Shown one piece after another: positions 49,464-53,212 of a DNA stretch of 53,212 nucleotides. Below the pieces are notes generated by a model. It had not been told where the DNA came from. It saw only the letters and a list, made by a program, of their open reading frames with translations, and did not search any database. Location: assembly GCA_046726415.1 (NCBI GenBank), contig JBKPAK010000214.1, forward strand, positions 1 to 53,212, read 5' to 3'. Positions within the stretch are counted from its first letter, which is position 1. Each line of letters begins with the position of its first letter. This stretch comes from Candidatus Methylomirabilota bacterium. Its GTDB lineage: Bacteria > Methylomirabilota > Methylomirabilia > Rokubacteriales > CSP1-6. Made by a program: the position numbers and the translations under genes.

Positions 49464-50632
49464 CGCGCACGCCATTGACCAGTCCCTTCGTTCCGGGTGC
49501 GCCGCTGCGCATTGCCGGGTCGCCGGGCGGACCGCTGGCCGGCGTAACGTTCGCCGCCAAGGATCTTTTCGACGTCGCCGGGCATCCGACAGGCGGGGGC
49601 AATCCGGACTGGGCGCGGCAAAATCCGGTGCCGACACGCCACGCCTGGGCGGTGCAGCGCTTGCTCGATGCCGGCGCGAGCCTGATCGGCAAGACCATCA
49701 CCGACGAGGTTTCGCTCGGCATTCTCGGCGAGAACCCCTTCGACGGCACGCCCCTCAATCCGAAGGCGCCGGAGCGCGTACCCGGCGGCTCCTCGTCGGG
49801 CTCGGCCTCGGCCGTGGCCCAGGCACTATGCGACACCGCACTCGGCACGGACACCGGCGGATCGGTGCGCGTGCCAGCGAGCTTCTGCGGGCTCTATGGC
49901 ATCCGGCCGACCCACGGCCGGCTCGATCTCTCCGGCATGATGCCGCAGGCACCGAGTTCCGACACGGCCGGATGGTTCGCGCGCGATGCCCACACCTTCG
50001 CCCGCGTTTCGGAGGTACTGCTCGGCGAGGCGATTCCGGCAAGCCTTCCGACCCGGCTCGTCGTGGCGGTCGACGCCTTGGGCTTTGCGGATTCCGCGAC
50101 CGCGCTGGACTCGATGGTGCGGAAGGTGTCGGGACTGGTGAAGGAGGTGCGGGAGGACCTTCTTTCGCCGCCCGGGCTGTCGGTCTGGGCGCGGGCGCAG
50201 CGCATCTTGCAGCTGTATGAGGCCTGGCTCACCTTCAAGGACTGGATCGATCGCGAAAACCCGCGCCTAGCCTTCAGCGTGGCCCGCGGCCTGGCGCTCG
50301 CCGGGACGGTCCCCGAAGCCGAGCGGCAATGGGCTGCGTTGATGCGCGCCGAGGCGCGGGCCCGCCTCGCGTGGCTGCTCCCCCCCGGAACCATTCTTTG
50401 CCTGCCGACCACGCCCTTCCCAGCGCCCCGGAAGGGGCTGTCGCTCACAACGCTCGAGCCGTTGCGCGCGCGCATCACCTGCCTGACCGCCCATGGCGGG
50501 CTGACCGGTGTGCCGCAGGTGAATCTACCCGGCGCGAGCGTCGACGGGCTGCCGGTCGGCCTTTCCATTCTCGGCGCGCGCGGCAGCGACGCCTCTCTGG
50601 TGGCCGTGGCGAAGGCGATGGAGGTCAACTGA
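49460..50632 (+). CDS. Amidase signature family protein (short type)
   Basis: FAAKDLFD, GKTITDE, GGSSSGS, GTDTGGSVRVPAS; GTGA overlap with the upstream gene. Confidence 0.93.
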   Translation: MTRTPLTSPFVPGAPLRIAGSPGGPLAGVTFAAKDLFDVAGHPTGGGNPDWARQNPVPTRHAWAVQRLLDAGASLIGKTITDEVSLGILGENPFDGTPLNPKAPERVPGGSSSGSASAVAQALCDTALGTDTGGSVRVPASFCGLYGIRPTHGRLDLSGMMPQAPSSDTAGWFARDAHTFARVSEVLLGEAIPASLPTRLVVAVDALGFADSATALDSMVRKVSGLVKEVREDLLSPPGLSVWARAQRILQLYEAWLTFKDWIDRENPRLAFSVARGLALAGTVPEAERQWAALMRAEARARLAWLLPPGTILCLPTTPFPAPRKGLSLTTLEPLRARITCLTAHGGLTGVPQVNLPGASVDGLPVGLSILGARGSDASLVAVAKAMEVN

Positions 50633-50725
50633 GGCCGTGGCGAAGGCGATGGAGGTCAACTGAGGCCGTGGCGAAGGCGATGGAGGTCAACTGAGGCCGT
50701 GGCGAAGGCGATGGAGGTCAGCCGA
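50602..50725 (+). repeat. Tandem repeat, 31-bp unit x4
   Basis: GGCCGTGGCGAAGGCGATGGAGGTCAACTGA exact at 50602, 50633 and 50664; fourth copy at 50695 ends GTCAGCCGA (2 mismatches). Confidence 0.97.
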
Positions 50726-51129
50726 TGATCGATGTGACGCCCAACCTGCCCGAGATGGTGGCCGAGGTGCGCGACCTGTTCGAGCGCTACGAGCAAGCGC
50801 TGATCGACAAGAACGTCGAGGTGCTCGACGCCACCTTCTGGGACAGCCCGCACACCATTCGGTATGCGCTGCACGAGAACGGCTACGGCTTCAGCGAGAT
50901 CCACGCCCATCGGGTCGCGCGACCGGCCGGGCCGGGCATCAAGGAGAGGCGCATCCGTCTGGAGATCCTGACGCTCGGCCGCGACCTCGCCACCGTAAAC
51001 CTCGAGTTCAAGGTGCGCGGCCGCGAGTTGGTCGGCCGTCAGAGCCAGACCTGGGTGCGCTTTCCCGACCTCGGGTGGAAGGTGGTCGCCGCGCACGTCT
51101 CCACCATGAACCACGCGCCGCTGTGGTGA
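50725..51129 (+). CDS. AtzH/HpxZ-like protein (DUF3225, NTF2 fold)
   Basis: FERYEQAL, FWDSPHTIRY, GRQSQTWVR, WKVVAAHVS. Confidence 0.92.
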   Translation: MIDVTPNLPEMVAEVRDLFERYEQALIDKNVEVLDATFWDSPHTIRYALHENGYGFSEIHAHRVARPAGPGIKERRIRLEILTLGRDLATVNLEFKVRGRELVGRQSQTWVRFPDLGWKVVAAHVSTMNHAPLW

Positions 51130-51208
51130 GCGCTCAGGCCAGGCGCGTTCTCGTGGGGCCCTCGGCACCGTGGCAGCGCCACGAGCATCTTCACCACCTA
51201 ATGCGATG

Positions 51209-51799
51209 TCACGGCGCGACGGTCGTCGAGCCGTCGCCCTGATAGACGTAGCGGAAGGTCAGGCACCCCGGCTGTGCCCCGGTGCAGTAGTAGCCGACGA
51301 TCTCCAGCTTTGCATAGCGACCGTCCGCCGTGCGCACCGCCCACACGCGCGGCTTCGGGCTCAGTCGGTGCGAGAAGAAGCCGTAGTGATACCAGCTCGC
51401 GATGGCCGAGTTCCGCGGCTCGCCACCACCCTCGTTCGGTTGATAGCCCGACGCGGGGACGGTCCGCACCTCGTCGAAGCGCTGCTCGCCGAGGTCGAGG
51501 ATGCCGGCGCCAGGACCCGCGATAATCGCGTAGCGACGAAACGCCAGATCCCACGGCATGGGGGTGGGGCCGTCGAGCACCGAGCCGAGCTGGAACGAGA
51601 AGTAGCGCCAGGCATCGGGCTCCGTCGCGGCGATCGTATAGAGGACCGGTCCCACCAGGGCGCGGCCGACGTCCTTGGGCAACGCGGGTGTCGGCGCATA
51701 CGTCGGCACCTCGGGCTGGCGCAGGGTGAGCGCGACCAAGGTCACAACCACCGCGGCGACCACGACGACGGCGACCACTGGACCTCGCGACAACGTCAT
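51209..51799 (-). CDS. HmuY-like protein with N-terminal membrane anchor
   Basis: WRYFSF, WDLAFRR, WYHY, VRTADGRYAKLEIVGYY, LTFRY. Confidence 0.82.
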   Translation of the reverse strand: MTLSRGPVVAVVVVAAVVVTLVALTLRQPEVPTYAPTPALPKDVGRALVGPVLYTIAATEPDAWRYFSFQLGSVLDGPTPMPWDLAFRRYAIIAGPGAGILDLGEQRFDEVRTVPASGYQPNEGGGEPRNSAIASWYHYGFFSHRLSPKPRVWAVRTADGRYAKLEIVGYYCTGAQPGCLTFRYVYQGDGSTTVAP

Positions 51800-52066
51800 G
51801 CGAGGCGATGCTAACACCGGCGCTCGCCCCGGCTTCGAGGCGCACAGGTCCGCGCCGACCGCACGATAGGGGTGAGAGTCTCGGCGGCAAATGCTGATCA
51901 AAGCTATAATCCGCCTGCACCCTTCCATGTTCTCCTCGAGGGGGACTGCGGCGGCCCGTCGAGGTGCTCGTGCCCGAGGGGAGAACGTGAACCCCCACAC
52001 GAGGTCGGTCGTGAGCGGCGTTCGCGAGGGGAGCGGCGGGATCCGTGAGCGCTGCGCCGCCCGAAA

Positions 52067-52375
52067 CTACGGCCAGACCTGGACGTAGGCGAAGCGCGCC
52101 CGCTCGCTCGTGGGGAAGTGCGCATCGTACTCCGCGCGGAGGTGCTTCATGTGGTCGGAGTTGACGAAGCGCCGGTAGGTCGGCTCGTCCTGCACCTCGT
52201 AGACGGCCATATACCTGTACTTCTCCTCGCCCTCGAGGGCTTGGTAGCGCCGCGCGCTCACCAGGCCGGGGAACTGCAGCACCTCGGGCACATGCTCTTC
52301 GTTATACCAGCGGTTGAACGTAGCCTCCTGGTCGGGGCGGATGGTGGCCTTGACGACAAAGAGCACGGTCGGCAT
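52067..52375 (-). CDS. EthD/DUF4286-like dimeric alpha-beta barrel protein
   Basis: FNRWYNEEHVPEVLQFPGLVSARRY, YMAVYE. Confidence 0.8.
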   Translation of the reverse strand: MPTVLFVVKATIRPDQEATFNRWYNEEHVPEVLQFPGLVSARRYQALEGEEKYRYMAVYEVQDEPTYRRFVNSDHMKHLRAEYDAHFPTSERARFAYVQVWP

Positions 52376-52508
52376 CGATGACCCTCCAAAACGTGAGCGG
52401 TGATCGGGGATTTGAGCGGACGGGACCTGGTCGTCCTCACGGCGCGGACGGTGGTCGCCCGCGCCGCCGGGTAACCTGCTCGAACGCGTACCCGAGCTCG
52501 ATCAGCTT

Positions 52509-52883
52509 TCAGCAGCGGGTGACGTGGGCGGAGACGGCAAGCCAGCGACCGTGCCGACGCGCCCAGACGTCGGTATATCGGCCCGATCCTGCTCGGCCGT
52601 CCGGCAGCGTGTACGCCGTCCGCGCATGGATGATCGCGACGTCGCCGATGATGCGAACGAGCACGTCGTGGGCCTCGAGGTTGGAGATCGCCACCGGACG
52701 CGCCGTCTGGGCCAGAAAACCCGCACGGTCGACCAGTGAGCCGTCGGGATTGCTGCACAGAAAGTCGTCCGCGAGGATCTCGTCGAACCTGCGGACGTCC
52801 GACGTCTGGACGGACCTGATGTAGTCGCGATTGAGCTGCTGCAGGGTGTCGACATCCGTGTTGGCCGCCGTCTCGGTTGGCAT
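52509..52883 (-). CDS. NTF2-like (DUF4440) protein
   Basis: ILADDF, GDVAIIH, GRYTDVW, AVSAHV; RBS GGAGG. Confidence 0.87.
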   Translation of the reverse strand: MPTETAANTDVDTLQQLNRDYIRSVQTSDVRRFDEILADDFLCSNPDGSLVDRAGFLAQTARPVAISNLEAHDVLVRIIGDVAIIHARTAYTLPDGRAGSGRYTDVWARRHGRWLAVSAHVTRC

Positions 52884-52933
52884 GGGCCTCACCTCCGTCG
52901 TTGAGTTCGATAGGCCACACCCTACCCCAGGGT

Positions 52934-52979
52934 CTGGCCGGGTCAAAGAGCCAGGTTTCGATTATTCTGTGGTGCCAGA
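52934..52979. promoter_or_regulatory. Candidate MocR-family operator in a divergent promoter
   Basis: CTGGC...GCCAG inverted pair plus a second GCCAG about 24 bp downstream. Confidence 0.4.
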
Positions 52980-52997
52980 TCTAAGAGATCGGGGAGG

Positions 52998-53212
52998 GTG
53001 CATGTTCTCAATCTTCGCGGCGCCGACGGCCCGCTCTACCGCCGGATCGGCCACGCGCTCAAGTCCGCCATCGCTCGTGAGACCGTTCGTGGCCGCGAAG
53101 TGGATGGCCGACCGCTACACGGCCATGCTCGGCCAGGAGGCCCTCACGGACTTCATTGCCAGCGGTCATTTCGAGCGGTACCTGCGTCGGGCCTGCACGC
53201 GAAACGCGGGGC
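52998..53212 (+). pseudogene. MocR/GabR-family (GntR-PLP) regulator remnant, runs off the window
   Basis: GTG...ADGPLYRRIGHALKSAI, then an out-of-frame jump to LVRPFVAAKWMADRYTAMLGQEALTDFIASGHFERYLRR from late in the aminotransferase-like domain. Confidence 0.78.

Noticed and set aside
50602-50725. 31-bp repeats as a CRISPR array
   Set aside because: Units are head-to-tail with no spacers, derive from the amidase 3' end, and no cas genes are present
51800-52066. GC-rich intergenic stretch as a riboswitch or ncRNA upstream of the HmuY-like gene
   Set aside because: No cobalamin, TPP, SAM or other consensus elements recognisable by eye; a covariance-model search would be needed

Overview
High-GC bacterial window (GC not computed) packed with catabolic and accessory enzymes. 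The style of the family-5 ABC solute-binding proteins and the enzyme mix suggest a soil lineage such as Ca. Rokubacteria/Methylomirabilota; this is inference only. No rRNA, tRNA, CRISPR array or transposase was seen. Main contents: (1) 17-6220, a tightly coupled operon joining a Tat-exported IorAB-type molybdenum hydroxylase to cytochrome c, FccB/SoxF, SoxX, a non-canonical SoxY (arm AACLE instead of GGCGG), SoxZ and diheme SoxA, with no soxB or soxCD. (2) A Phd/YefM-VapC toxin-antitoxin pair with a TGTACA operator. (3) A PLP enzyme resembling the mostly archaeal MJ0158/SelA-like family. (4) A secreted heme-c/beta-propeller protein and a wHTH-ATPase-TPR regulator divergent from TPR and HEAT genes. 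(5) A probable selenoprotein: a membrane-anchored AhpC/TSA peroxiredoxin-like gene with in-frame UGA in a U-P-F-C motif and a bacterial SECIS-like hairpin, split in two by the ORF track. (6) An organic-nitrogen block: barbiturase-type ring-opening amidohydrolase, Co-type nitrile hydratase, an amidase with an AtzG-like tail, and a later amidase plus AtzH separated by a 31-bp x4 tandem repeat. (7) An MscR-like dehydrogenase, a candidate (R)-amine transaminase, two M20 hydrolases and a HmuY-like protein. The window also holds at least eight gene remnants, several with the 5' end fused to the 3' end across a large internal deletion. All family assignments come from motif recognition and recalled family knowledge; no database search was run.
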